In this document: positions 36,437 through 50,251 of the stretch, in pieces
How positions within the stretch are numbered: the first letter of the stretch is position 1
Layout: every line of letters starts with the position of its first letter
From: Octopus vulgaris
Lineage: Eukaryota
Length of the DNA stretch: 64,000 nt
Direction of reading: 5' to 3'
Assembly: GCA_951406725.2 (NCBI GenBank)
Contig: OX597836.1
Span: 310,001-374,000 of the forward strand
Translations under genes and position numbers: made by a program
Notes under the pieces: model-generated
What the model was told of the DNA's origin: nothing
What the model saw: the letters and a program-made list of their open reading frames with translations, nothing else
The model's database searches: none

Positions 36437-39400
36437 CTCCATTTTGTATTCTCTGATTATTTGGTTATGGGGTCTTAATTGTTTGATGACACTCATGTAA
36501 GCTTTCGATAGGCCTCTCCTCTTGACATCAATTAACAGGTCACGGGAGGGCACAAAACTCATTGATACTCCTATACACTACAATTATTCCCTATGGCATT
36601 TCTTTCTTGCTCCCAGTTTGCTTGAAATTCAATTAATGAAATTCAACAGCTTCATGAAATGTCTCCTGTCCCTTTGGGATTGAAGTAGTTGGACATTTAC
36701 TTGGTACTGAAGTGGCAACATAAGGTCTGTGGAGTAGGGAGTCTCTGAACATATAATGGGGAGGTTTTATGCTATCCCACTGTTGCGGGTTAGTTTCTCT
36801 TTCTGCCGTGATCTGACCTCAGCCTGTTTGCATATGTCTTCTGTTTACTAGTTAGATGTCAGCACTGGGCAGTCATTCAGTGGGAGCCCCAACCAAGTCG
36901 CATTGCTAGGAGAGTGATACCTCTATCTCTCCAGGCAAACTCTGCAATGATATTCAGTGATGCTGGACCAACAGAAGGAAAGATAGAAAATTAAGACTGA
37001 TCCAAACCCAGTGTCCAAGGTGAGGATGTCAGTCTCACACCCGAAAGAATAAAGAAGTAAACAATGATAATAATAGTTTTTAACTTAGGGCACAAGGCCA
37101 GCAATATTGTGGGGTGTGGGCTGTTGATATATTGATCCCAGTACTTGATGGATACTTTATTTTATTGACCTTGGAGAAGTGAATGGCAAATTAACCTCAA
37201 AGGGTTTTGAACTGAGAACATAGACAGTCAAATCAGATGCCATTAGACATTTTTTCTGATGTTCAAACAATACTCTTTTTATTTCTTACATAGTTACAAG
37301 GCCATAAATTCTTGGGATGAGTAAAATCCTTTAAATATTAGCTTAGTATATTATTAGTACTTCAATATTTTACTGATTCCTTGGATGGAGAAATGGTATG
37401 AGTGGAAGATGGAGCCTTGCCTCATTGTTTGTCTGACTACCTGCACATGTCATAGCAATGTTTAATTAGAGCTGATCTGAGATTAAACAACCACCAGCTG
37501 GTCCTTCTCCACTTCATCCATCTCACCTATGTGAAAAATCTTCCCGATAATGAGTCATAAAGAGAACTACTGTATGATCACTTGACTTGCTAGAAATAGC
37601 TCTTAAATCCTGCAAAATTATCTTCTACTATAAATGAAGTCACTTTTTGTAATATAGTTCGAGATATTCAAGCTATGGGTAAAAAAACTCACTTTGCAAC
37701 CATGTGGTTCTGATTTCAGTCCCATTGTGTGCACCTTGAGCAAGTGTTTCTTACTATGGCCTTGGACTGACCAATACCTTGTGAGTGAATCTGGTAGCTG
37801 GAAACTATGGAAGTCTGTGTGTGTGTTTGCATTTTTCACCTCCATCACTTGATAACCAGTGTTTTATTTACTTCCCTGTAACTTTGTGGGTTGGCAAAAG
37901 AGATAATAGGATAAGAATTAGTCTTTAAGAAATTTGTTCTTGGTTTGATTTGTTTAAAGCAAATCGATTATCACCTGGCCTCTGTCCAATGACTGAAACA
38001 AAGAAGAAAAGAAAGGAACAAAGCTTCACCATACCTGAGTAAAAAAAATGGATATCTGGAATGTCTCTAATCATAGAATTACTTATCAAGGACTGACATA
38101 GGGATAAACAAATACAAAATACCTCGAGTAAAAAAAGAAATGATACCATTTCTCATCCTGTCAACTGTTACTGGTTCTCTTCCCTTCTCTTGAGACAATT
38201 GTAAACAACTACCTCATCCACTTCTAGTCTCTCTCGGTCACCATCCTTAGAGATCCTACACAGTGATCCTCTCTGAAATCAGAGACTTGTTCTCCCTTGT
38301 CACATACTAATACTCTTATGCACTTGTGAATTTCTGTGAATGTTTTTACCTTTAGTATTTATCCGCTTAGCAACTCCCACATTTTACCCCCTAACACCTA
38401 CCACTTCTATCACTTGAGAGCAGAAGAGATACATACCACACCATACTGGCTTTCTCAGTTACCTTTACCCCATCCCAGTTACCTTCTTCCCCTGTCTACT
38501 GTCTCCATAAATCACCTCCTTTTTGCACTTTCTCTTCCCTCCCTGTGCTGCTCTCCATCATCAACTTCGCACTTTCCTGCTATCTCCCTCATTGATCTCA
38601 AACATCTACTGCCCCTAAGCTTCTCCCTATATTTCCATTCATCATTTGTTACAGTCACCTTATCCTGCCCACTTGCCCAGACTAAGCCTCGACATCACTT
38701 CACCTATTCTCACCCCTTCTCCAATATCCCTTGAGGACATGTCTTAACACGTCCCTGCCATCATTTCTCTCACTGTAACTCCCTTTATCTTACTTTCAAA
38801 CTCACTTTCCTTTGTATCTACTCCATAGAAAGACACCTTTATCTGTCCCCTCTATACCTTAAATCCCTCAACTGGCACAAGGCATGCCTCCTGAATACTA
38901 TGCCTCCTTCCCAGTTGAGGGCTTCTTATCATGCAAGGTGCTGGTGCCACATTAAAATCACTGGTGATGGAGCCACGTAAAAAGCACCCAGTATACTCTG
39001 TAAAGTGATTGGCATTAGGAAGGGCATCCAGCTGTCGAAACTATGCCAAAATAGACAGCTGGAGCCTGGTGCAACGTTCCTAGCTCTTGTCAAACCATCC
39101 AACCCATGCCAGTATGGAAAACAGATGTTCCATGATGATGATGTTATCTTCATCATCATTTTGTATCTTATTTCAATGCTAGCATGAGCTGGATAGTTTG
39201 ATAGAATCTTATGGGTCAAAGGTTTAGCCTGGTTTCTATGGCTGGATTTCCTCCCTAACACCAGCTACTTTATAGAGTTTACTAGACATGTTTTTGTAGC
39301 ACCATGAGAAATTGTCTTGCCTTTGACAAGACGAAAGAACCTTCTCAAACCCTGAAACGTTTCTGCGTTATCTCTTTAGAGGATGGACTGGGGACACTTT

Positions 39401-39764
39401 TTGAACCACCAACATTAGTGAGGATGTTTTGTAACGCATAGCGCAAATGGAAGAGCCAGAAAGAGTGTTGAGGGACGCTACAGTATGATTGGAGGAATAG
39501 ATTGATTGTTGTAAGGGAGTGGTGGTGTAGAGAGTAGCAGTGGACAAAGTGGAGGAAGTACTGCTAGGGTATATTTTCAAAGTAACATACCAAAGAAGGG
39601 GAACAGAAGAGAGTGTAGAAAGAGAAGATTCAGGGAGAGTGAGTGAAGGTTGAGCCAGTGTCTTCTACGATATAACCTTGGGCCAACCAAAGCTTCATGA
39701 GTGGATTTGGTGGAGAGAAACTTAAAGAAGCCTGTTGTGTGTGTGTGTGTGTGTGTGCATGCAT

Positions 39765-40762
39765 ATCATCATCATCGTCGTTTAACATCCGCTTTCCATG
39801 CTGGCATGGGTTGGATGGTTTGGCTGAGGACTGGCAAGCTGGGAGGATGCACTAAACTCCAATCCGATTTTGCAAGGTTTCTACAACTGGATGCCCTTCC
39901 TAATGCCAGCCATTCCAAGAGTGTAGTGGGTGCTTTTTATGTGCTACCAGCATGGGAGCCAGTCAGGTAGCACTGGCATCGATCATGCTTGAATGGTGTT
40001 TTTACATGCCACCAGCACAGGTGCCAGTCAGGCAGCACTGGCATTGGCCACACTTGAATGGTGCATTTTACATGCCTCTGGTACGGGTGCTAGTCAGGTG
40101 GTACTAGCATCAGTTATGACTACAATTGCACTTGGTTCAACAAGTCTTCACAAGCATGGCATATTGCCTGACGATTGAAGGGTACATTTAAAAGGGCCAG
40201 TTATGCGACACTGGCTTCAGCCATAGCTACAATCTTACCTGGCTCGTTGGGTCTTTTCAAGCACTGCATAATTCTCCGAAGGTCTTGGTCACTTGTCACT
40301 GTCTCTTTGAGGCCCAACATTCGAAGGTCATGCTTCACCACCTCATCTCATGTCTTCTAAGGTCTACCTCTTCCACAGGTTCCCTCCACTGTTAGAATGT
40401 GGCACTTCTTTAAACAGCTGGCTTCATCCATACACAACACATAACCATACTAGCGCTGTTCTCTTGCGCACCACATCTGATGCTTCTTACGACCAACTTT
40501 TCTCTCAGAGCGCTTACACTCTGTCGTGTATGCACACTGACATTACACATCCAGTGGATCATGCTAGCTTCATTTCTTTCAAGCCTACACATGTCCTCAG
40601 CAGTCACAGCCCATGTTTCACTGCTGTGTAGCATGGCTGTTTGCACACATGTATCATACAGTCTACCTTTCACTCTGAGCTAGAGGCCCTTTATTACCAG
40701 CAGAGGCAGGAATTCTCTGAACTTTGCCTTGGCTATTCTTATTCTTGCTGCTACTCTCTCAG
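39765..40762 (-). mobile_element. RTE LINE 3' part (end of ORF plus 3' UTR)
   Basis: KGRLYDTCVQTAMLHSSETWAVTAEDMCRLERNEASMIHWMCNV; (GAT)n tail. Confidence 0.9.
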
Positions 40763-40815
<53 letters not shown>

Positions 40816-41429
40816 TGCTTATCCCCCACAATTGCTTGACAATAGGGTTAGGTGTTGGTGTAGTTATGTTCCTGTAATTCAGTGATTTGGCAAAAGAGTT
40901 TGATAGAATAAGTATCAGGCTCTAACAATAGTAATGCTCCAGCATGGCTGCAGTTTAATGAGTGAAACAAGTGTAAAAGATAAATAAAAAAAGAATTAAA
41001 AAAATCTATTCCCTCAGCCATTAAGAGAAGAAGCTGTAGAGCTTGTTCTCTATTATTATCACAGTGTGATGTGGGTGTGTGCAAGATAGTGGCATCCACC
41101 AAAATGCATGTCAACATAAAGGCTAAATAAATAGCATCCATTGCTAAATCTAGGGGTCACACTCTCCAATGTGTATGCATGTACAGACAGATGAGGTAGA
41201 AAAAGATAAAGTTGTTGTTTTAAACAGCATGCCTTATTTACTAAGGAGAGGAAGCAGATGAAAAAAGTAGAAGGAGTTTCTATATATATATATATGGACT
41301 TGAATAGTAATTCTTGTATTATTATATGCATGATCCAAAAATTACAAGTTAAATATTCTGAAATACAGAAGTAAAAATAAACGCAAAAAACAGATTTATA
41401 ATTCTCTCCTACTGCATTATTGTCAGACA

Positions 41430-42200
41430 CCAAGGGATATGCTCAACTGGTTAAGGTCAATCAACTGACAAACAAATATGTGGCATTGAGCAAACTGATA
41501 TTCAGCAGAATATTTGCTGTAGCTCATCTTTTACACCAAGAAAAAGCCTGTACATGATAACACTTCCAATCAGTTAAGATCAGAAGCCATGAGAGCCAAT
41601 GCCTGGTATTGCATCAGGGCATTTATTATTCTTATTATTGTTATTGAGTGAGAGAGCAGTGCATGCCATCAAAGTGACACTGGGGTAAAACATACGAAGC
41701 CCAGTATACTCATCAGGACTACTCGTCTGATAAGGGTACACTAGGCACATGCGTCACAACCATATGTGTGCAACATGGTGATCTCATATCAAGATAAACA
41801 GTGCCTGACCTTGTACGTGGGGCCCAGTTAGAATTTTCTTCTGGTCGAGTAACCCATCCTGCTCAAAAGGTCCCTGTTTAAGGATTGTTTAAGGATGTTG
41901 AATGAACCTCCCATGTTTCCAAAGGTGAATTACCCAAACCCCAAAGAATTCCTCTCAACACGTGGCTATGATGCTCCCCCACTGCTTCTGCTCATGATCA
42001 GAGATGCACATATCGTCAGCCACAAAGGGACATGGTCAACTGGTTAAGGTCAAACAACTGACAAGCAAATCTGTGGTATTGAGCAGAATATTTGCTGTAG
42101 GCCATCTTTTATACCAAGACAAAACAATGTACATGATAACACTTCCTGTCAGTTAAGATTGAAGCATGAGAGCCACTGTCTGGTACTGCATCGGGGCATT
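41430..42200. repeat. ~555-bp non-coding element bounded by (TTA)n, with a tandem partial copy at 41430-41625
   Basis: 41430-41625 repeats 42022-42200; an inverted copy lies at 59610-60080. Confidence 0.9.
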
Positions 42201-42479
42201 TATTATTATTGTTGTTGTTGTTGTTGTTGTCGTCATCGTCATCATTTCTATTGTCATTGTTGCAATTATCTGTGTAATTCATATTACTATAATTAACCTT
42301 GGTATTATATTAAGCCTTGTTATTGTCCTTTTTATTCTTAATATAATTAATATTATTAATGTTGATGTTATGATTTTCACTTTTTCAATCATTCCTACAG
42401 ATATTATCATAATCAGTACTATTTGTTGCACAGTTTCTATGATAGACATTTTTCATACCAGATAGAGTCAGAATGGTTA

Positions 42480-44420
42480 TTCTTACGTCACTTATTAGGT
42501 TATTACCAGTATTTATACCATGGTTATTACTCAGCTCATGCACTTTTGTTTGACCCAATTCTATATTCTTGCTACTAGTAAAGTTATTTCTTATACTATT
42601 TCCTGGCTAAGTTTCCCATCATTCTGTTTAAAAATACTGTACGTTTAGTTGTGTGACTACATACGATAATTTCAACATGTGTCTGTGCAAGACTTGGAGA
42701 AATATTTATCCAATGTGTTAAAAAAGGCCTGAACAATTTTGGATGATATCTGGATTCCAAATACAGGGTTATACCACAAAATACCCCTGGTACCAGACTT
42801 ACCTTTAGAATGTTTACTGTTGTTATTACATCATTTACATTTATATATTGTGGAATTTCCATTATTTTTAACATTTTTTCCTCTTCCGTATTGGTTTGCT
42901 TAAATTTTCTGCACAATGCAATTGCGTTATATCTTTATTTACATTAATGTTTCCTTTAATCTTATAAATTTCACTATTTATATCATTGCTCAAGGAGGAT
43001 TTCTTTCCTGTATTCATACAGTTCCTATTACTTTGTTCTTACCTTCCCTACTCATTGTGTCCCTCTTATCTGTGTATTTCACATTTCTATGCTTATTTAT
43101 TTCCTGTTTTTTTCCATTGTTCCTATCCATTCTTACTATCCTATGTAACATTCTTTTTCTTCTTATATGGTTCCATATTCATACTCTCACAATATGCTCT
43201 CACTCATTCATCAACATATATTTAATTATTTCACTCTATCCAGCTCTAGCTAGTGTGATATTATAGAGTATTCTGTAAGTGAATTAAAAATGCTTTCATT
43301 CATTGAGAGTCATGATATCTTATGAAACACACTGCTAACTATTGCACCTATGTTTGAACATGGATGATGTGAGTATCTGTTAAAATATCTCAAGTTTCCA
43401 TTGGGTTTGTGATATGATGCATATAAACCAGTATTCAAGTCCATTCATATATCAAGGGAATTAGCTAATAAGTAATCATTTTCTATCATTATGGATAGTT
43501 TAAATGTTTTAAAGAACTTAAATAGTCTTTTTTCCCTATTTCTTTCTGGTCCTTCTCTACCACACCTATCTAAAGTGAAGAGAACATTACCTCTATAAAG
43601 ACCTTCCACTAACTTAGAAAACCATGACTCTATTCTGGAAAAGAATATAAATACTGACAAGGTTTGTGACTTGCACTGAGTCACTAGACCCCATTGTAAT
43701 GTCAAAATAATCTATTCTGTCCTTATGAATCTAGAAATTTTCTTCATAGTTTATTCAAGTTTTAAGTACACCTAGAATGATGTCAGCATTACTTTTAGAT
43801 AAAGTAGATTTCTTCATGGGAAATATCAGAACCTTATTTAGCAGTATAGGATTTATAGAAGAGTAGTAGTTTGATATATCAAGCAGTATAAATTTTTGTA
43901 TGTTCTTTATTCTATAAGTTTTGAAACCATTTGATAGCCTCAACTCTATCTGACCATAATGTAAGTTTGATTTTATATTTCAGATTAGATAATACTTTGT
44001 TTATAATATTCTTATTAATCCTACCTATATCAGATGTGGAGGGGCATATGAATCTAACTTTAGATTCACATTCAAAATTATGATTGTGATCCTTAAGGTT
44101 AATTCTGGTTTCTTTTTAGGTGCATATGGCTTGGTTCTATCATCTAACTCTAGTTTGGATTCTATGTCTAGACTTTTTATTGATTTTTGTAAGTATGAAA
44201 TTAGGGACATTCTTATAATAACTGCATAGTTATTTCTTAAGTAAATTATTGTAGTATTCAATACTAATATATAAGCTACCAGTTTTGTTAGCTGGCACTA
44301 AGATTCCCAATGCTGTTTTTGGTCTCTTTAGAATTTGTCTCAATTTCTTCTAGTACTGGTTGTGTTTTAAAGGAAATTTTGTAAATCTTACATTACAAAT
44401 GATGCTTTCTCTCCCCTCTT
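42480..44420 (-). mobile_element. Decayed Penelope-like element (RT and C-terminal region)
   Basis: KFILLDISNYYSSI, FDITMGSSDSVQVTNLVSIYIL, GLYRGN (cf. GLYRDD), YHKPNGNLRYFNRYSHHP and ILWYNPVF...FNTLDKYF. Interrupted by an AT-rich insert at ~42915-43345. Confidence 0.85.
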
Positions 44421-44560
44421 CATCTTATTTTTGGACCAGTTGATTTTGTGTTAAACCATTTTTTAACACCAAGAGAAAGAAAAAGAACATGTATGTCTAA
44501 CAACTTTATGAACTTCAGTGTTGGTTAGAATCCTAAATGACTTTTCTCAGTCAGATTGTA

Positions 44561-44622
<62 letters not shown>

Positions 44623-44830
44623 GTGTTTATCTCGAACGCTACTCATGTGAGTGACAGCTAACTCAAAAAGCTTGCTTCCAAACCACATGGTTTTGGATTC
44701 AGTCCCACTACATGGCACCCTTGGGCAAGTGTCTTCTTCTGTAGCCTCGGGCCAACCAAAACTTTTTTGTGCAAGTTCAAAAAGTTCAAAGAAGAGATGG
44801 AACCCTTTTGACAAGAAGTATCAATCAGCA

Positions 44831-44869
<39 letters not shown>

Positions 44870-46049
44870 ACATGAAGAAAATATCTAGAGATATGTTCAG
44901 CATGGAAGCTAAATGGTAATAGCATTAAAATTGTTGAGGAGATAAAAATCATTTAGCTTCATAATTAATTCTGGTCAAGAAGGGCAAGGGAAACAACCTC
45001 TAAATTAAAAGTAAAATGTTACAATGCAGTAGGGAGTGAGTCTGATGTGTGATGAGAACCCCAAACATGTTTCAGCCATACTTCCTTGGTGAAGTTTATT
45101 TGTTACCAGTATTGCCAAACAAAGATCTCTCTCTCTCTTTCACACACACACACTAAATACAAAATTCATTCACTATCAAATGAGCATACATATACTCACG
45201 TGCACACATAGATGTACACATACTCACAAATTCACATCACATCACACATATATGCATACTCACATCTTTATACACACACTCATTCCTGCATACACACACT
45301 CACAAAAGTACTCAATACATCTTGTATTTATTCAATGGAAGCTGATGATTCATCTCATTGCTATTCATAATTTCTAGCTGTCTATGACTTTTCAGGGAGT
45401 GGAAAAATGAATAACTTTGGGGAAGTAAAGGCATGAGTTATCAATTCATTTGACTTACATTGCTCTGGCACTTGGCAACATAGCACTGGCAAGCTACTGG
45501 TAGGTTAATCTAAGAGGATTTCCATAGAAATGGTCACATGTTTTGATTCAGAGCTAATTTACACAGTAACTGTTATCTAATTAAAAGATAATAAAATTCC
45601 AGTTTTATCTCCACACCATTGTTTACTCTTGTGACTCAGGTGTTAAGATAAGCCAATGATGGATCTGATGTGTAGTTGCTCAAACCACTAAGAAAAGCAG
45701 CCCTGTCTCTGGCAAATCACATTCCAGCATCGTAAAAGAAATTTCAGTGTATATAGGGCCACATTATCCAACAGAGGTGTCTAATCTATGTCCGGAAAAT
45801 AAAATGGCTGGGAAGCTGAAAATAGCAGCTAAACTTCTCTCAAATCCTAAATCCTACATTATCATCTTAAAATCAGAAGGATATAGTGAACACTGTAGTC
45901 CTAGTTATACTTCTGAATATAAAAGATGAGTTGCTTACAATTCGAATGACTTTGGTCATAAGTCCACTCACTGCATGCTGACCTAAACTAAATAACACCA
46001 ATACCTACAAGGGCTACAGACCAAATCTGTGGCTGGTTCAAAGTCCTGG

Positions 46050-48822
46050 CTAGGCTGAGGGTGAGGTGGTAGTTGAACAAGGAGGTAGACAGTGCTACAA
46101 AAGCAAAGAAATGGGCCTGGAAAGACAGGGAAATTGGAGAGAGTTATGTTGAATATAAAAGCAAATATATAAAAACAGAGAATTATGTCAGGTAGCTACA
46201 AGGGAAGCTAGGTGACACACCTTTACATAGTAAAAGGAGAAGTAGAAAGCTGGAGATTTGCCAATATTTTATGGTGTGAGGATCAGAAGTGTGAGGTGTT
46301 CTGGATTGCAAAGCAGTGCACCAGAGATGTGAGGGAGGTTGTAGTGAGAAATATGTGTGACTGGATAATGGTATGCTTGCACTTTGTGATTCTGAGAAGA
46401 ATAATGCATAGAAGTGCCGTTGTTAAAGGGTACTAAATTTGGAGAATGCATCGAAGAGGGACCAGCCATCAATGTTGACAATGATAACGATGATAGATAA
46501 ATTAATTAAGGATATGAAGTCAGGGAAAGTCCCTGGACCCTCAGGAGTCATTGCCGAGATGCTTAAAATATTTGGTGCATTAGGATTCATCCTTGTCACT
46601 TGTTCACTTGTTTAGTAAATCAAGTTACCCAGGAAAAGTTCATTGCCAATGACTGATGGAGTAGCATTATTGTTAGTTGCTACAAGGGTAAAGGAGATGC
46701 CCTAGACAGAAACATTTACAGAGGTATCAAACTGCTGGACCTGGTCATGAACATTCTGGAAAGCATTATAACCCAATTGATAAGGAATAGAATTAGACTA
46801 GGTGAGATGCAGTTTGATTTTGTGCCAGGGAGAAGGACTATGGATGCCAAGGTTCCTAGTAAGGCAACAACAAAAGAAGAAGTATCTAGCTAAAAGTAAA
46901 CCATTGTACTTAGGCTTTTGTCAGCCTGGAGGAAGCCTTCGACAGAGTTGCTTGCTCTGTCATCTGGTGGTCTCTAAGGAAGTTAAGAATAGATGAATGG
47001 CTTATTAGAGCCATACAAGGTATGTATAAGGATGTTTTTAGTGGGGTGAGAGTTGGCTATGAATAGAAATGAAACTAGTGTACAAGTAGGAATTCACTAG
47101 AACTTGGTTCTCAGTCCTTGTTATTCATTATAGTCCTCCAGGCCAACACAGAGGAATTTTAGGCTAGCTGCCCATGGGAACTATTAGATGCTGATGACTT
47201 CACTCTTAGAGCAAAATTGGAAAAATTTTGCTATAAGTCAATTAATAAAAACTGGAATCAAAGGGTCGTTAAGTTAAACCATTGAAGACCAAAGTTAGCG
47301 AGTGAATAAGACCTTCTTTCTGTCAGGTAAATTATCCTGCTCACCATGTAGGAAAGGTATTGGAAGGAATTTCATTCATTGTATCCAGTGCAAGCTAAGG
47401 GCACACAAGAGGTGTATGTGGCAGATACTCATGAACAATAATCTCTTAGGACACACAAGAATTAGATTTTCTCAAATGCTCAGGAGGCTCCTTGGAGGTT
47501 GTAGATAGTTTTTTTTTTACTTAGGTGACCAATTTAGCAGTGAAGGAAGGTGTTCTGAAAGTATAATTCTCAGAATAAGAACAGGCTGGAGAATGTCCAG
47601 AGAGCTATTTCCTCTTTTGGCAACAAAGGGCCTCACTCTTTCAGAGTAAAAGGCAGATTGTATGATGGTTGTGTATGAATGATTATGTTTGATGATAGTG
47701 AAATGTTGGCCTTGAATGCAGAGTATGTACGAGGACTGATGAGGAATTAAGCTAATTAGCTCTGATATATGTGCAACAGTGTGTATGTGCGGCAAAATGC
47801 AAATGTGTCAAGAGAAAAGATAGGCATAACAGGAATCAGATGTACCATGCAAGAAGACTCTGATAGTTTGGACATGTGATGCACACGAATAAAGAAAGCT
47901 GTATAAAGAAGCGCCAATTACTTAAAGTGGATGGCACCTCTGGAAGAGGGAGACCCAGGAAGACATGGGATGAAGTAGTGAGAGCTGATCTCAAGATGTT
48001 GAGCCTCATAGAGGAGATGGCACTGGACTGAAATGTCTAGTGATATGCAATTCTTGAAAGACCTACCCACCTCAGTGAAACTCAGTTCTGGATGTGTGGT
48101 ATAATTCATCTGAACATAGCATTAATTTACATACTCATCCTAATGAACCAAACAACATTAATTCATGCACTATTCTTATTTCCCCATCACCATTCCTGCA
48201 GCCTAATGCTGCCTTGTCATCTCTCCTTCCTGTCCTCCCCCCACTTCTCTGCTTACTGCATCGTTGCTATCTTGCCATTCCCCTATACACTTGTGTTTCA
48301 CCACTCACTGCATTCTGCTACTCCTCACTTTGCCCCCTTTGCACTCTTGTGAACTCCCTGCTCACTCACTCTGTCCAGTCCTCTACCACTTCATTTATAT
48401 TGACCTCCTTGTATCTTGAGGGTATGCCCTGGTATATCAATATCGTCTTCTCTCTCACTCTCTCTCCCCCTCAAACTGGGGTAACCATGTATCCCCTGCT
48501 ACAGAAAGGCATCTGTTTCAGCCCCTTTATCATAGTTCAACTGCTCATCACCTGACACAAAGCCACCTTCCTCAATATCAGTCTCACTCTCAGTCGAGGG
48601 GTCTTTGTCTAGCTGCTTGGTGACCTCACCAGTGCTGATGCCATGTATAAAGTACCCAGTACCCTCTGTAAATTGGTTGGTGATAGGAAGAGCATCCAGC
48701 TGTAGAAACCATGCTGAAGCTGACTGTCGAGCTTGGCACAGTCCCCAGGCTGGTCTGCTCCTCTCAAACCATCCAAGCCATCCATGCCAGCATGGAGAAA
48801 CAGACTTTAAAGGATGATGATG
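46050..48822 (+). mobile_element. Decayed RTE-clade LINE (RT, 3' UTR, (GAT)n tail) with an internal CT-rich insertion at ~48090-48480
   Basis: YKGKGDALDRNIYRGIKLLD, EMQFDFVPGRRT and CPWELLDADD; same family as 25880-28090. Confidence 0.92.
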
Positions 48823-48832
48823 TATACACATG

Positions 48833-48863
<31 letters not shown>

Positions 48864-49644
48864 TCATGTGTTTATGGATATATACTTATATAAAGTAGAT
48901 TGTATGTTACAAGCTTTGGCATCGAAGCAAATGGTGGTCAAATATTAAATGACATCTGTCAATATCAAAACAATTTTAGCAATAAATAGTTGAAAAAATA
49001 CATTATATATTATAGAATATATGAATTACGTGTGCTTGGCCACATGTGTGTGTGATATACATGTAGGTGTTGTAAAAATATTTTGTGTAGTGTGATACTG
49101 TTGGTTTGTTTGGCAGCCTGTTCGAAGGACTGTTCCAGTGCTGAGTAGCAGACTTAGCCTGGCGCCTAGTTTAATGTCCCGTTTGGTTGATGGATGCCTT
49201 TAGCAGTTTGATCAGTGAGAATAACTTTGTTTTTTCCTCTCTCCAGACTTGGAGGCCATAAAACTGATTATAGGGCAGTGCTCTCCCTCCCCTGATTAAG
49301 TGATCAAAATGGGGCAGGTTTATGTTGGTTGACTGCACACTTTGGACTGGCAGTTGAATATGATCAAGTATAGGCCACCATGTACACCCTCATCACTAAC
49401 AGTAAATTATTTATGGTAAGTGAATCGTATGAGCAGCAATACAACTCTGACAGCCACCCCATTATTATCTAATATGTTTATTATTTATATGGAAACTAAA
49501 ATATAGGAGTAGTTATTCAGCATCATAGGTTATTAGTGTTATGAATGATTGACAACAGTTGTTATTTGTTCAATATTTAACTGTCTACTTTTAGCATGCA
49601 CCTCTGTTGGTTGTTTAATGGACTAACCTTTTCAGACCAGTCTT

Positions 49645-49676
<32 letters not shown>

Positions 49677-49737
49677 TTGAACTGTTGCATTATTGAACTG
49701 GAATTTATTCTTTAGTTGGGTCACTTATCAGTCAACC

Positions 49738-49775
<38 letters not shown>

Positions 49776-50212
49776 TATGATCTTCCCTAATATAGTGGAG
49801 ACAATAATAGCTATTTCACTGTCAACAAAGGCATGCACTTAGTCCTGTTTTCTCTCGGTTCTGCTTTTGTTTCAATAATTTCATGAATCGAATCATATAT
49901 TCCAAATTATAAGAAAGTGTGTCAGTATGCCTTTGTGTCACACACACACACATACACAAAAAACGCAAACACAGATACATACACTCACATACATACATAT
50001 ACTCATGCACACACATATGTGTGCACATGCATACATACACTTCATGGTTGGTTAAATGAGCTGGGAAAATGTAGGGTTATGAAGTACCTCTTGAGCTATC
50101 TCACCTGGGACTATTCAACTTGTCTTAGTGCCTTCAGAAACCATCCTACTTATGCATGGAAGATGAACGTTAAATGATGAGGATGATGATATATGTGTGT
50201 GTGCACGTGCGC

Positions 50213-50251
<39 letters not shown>

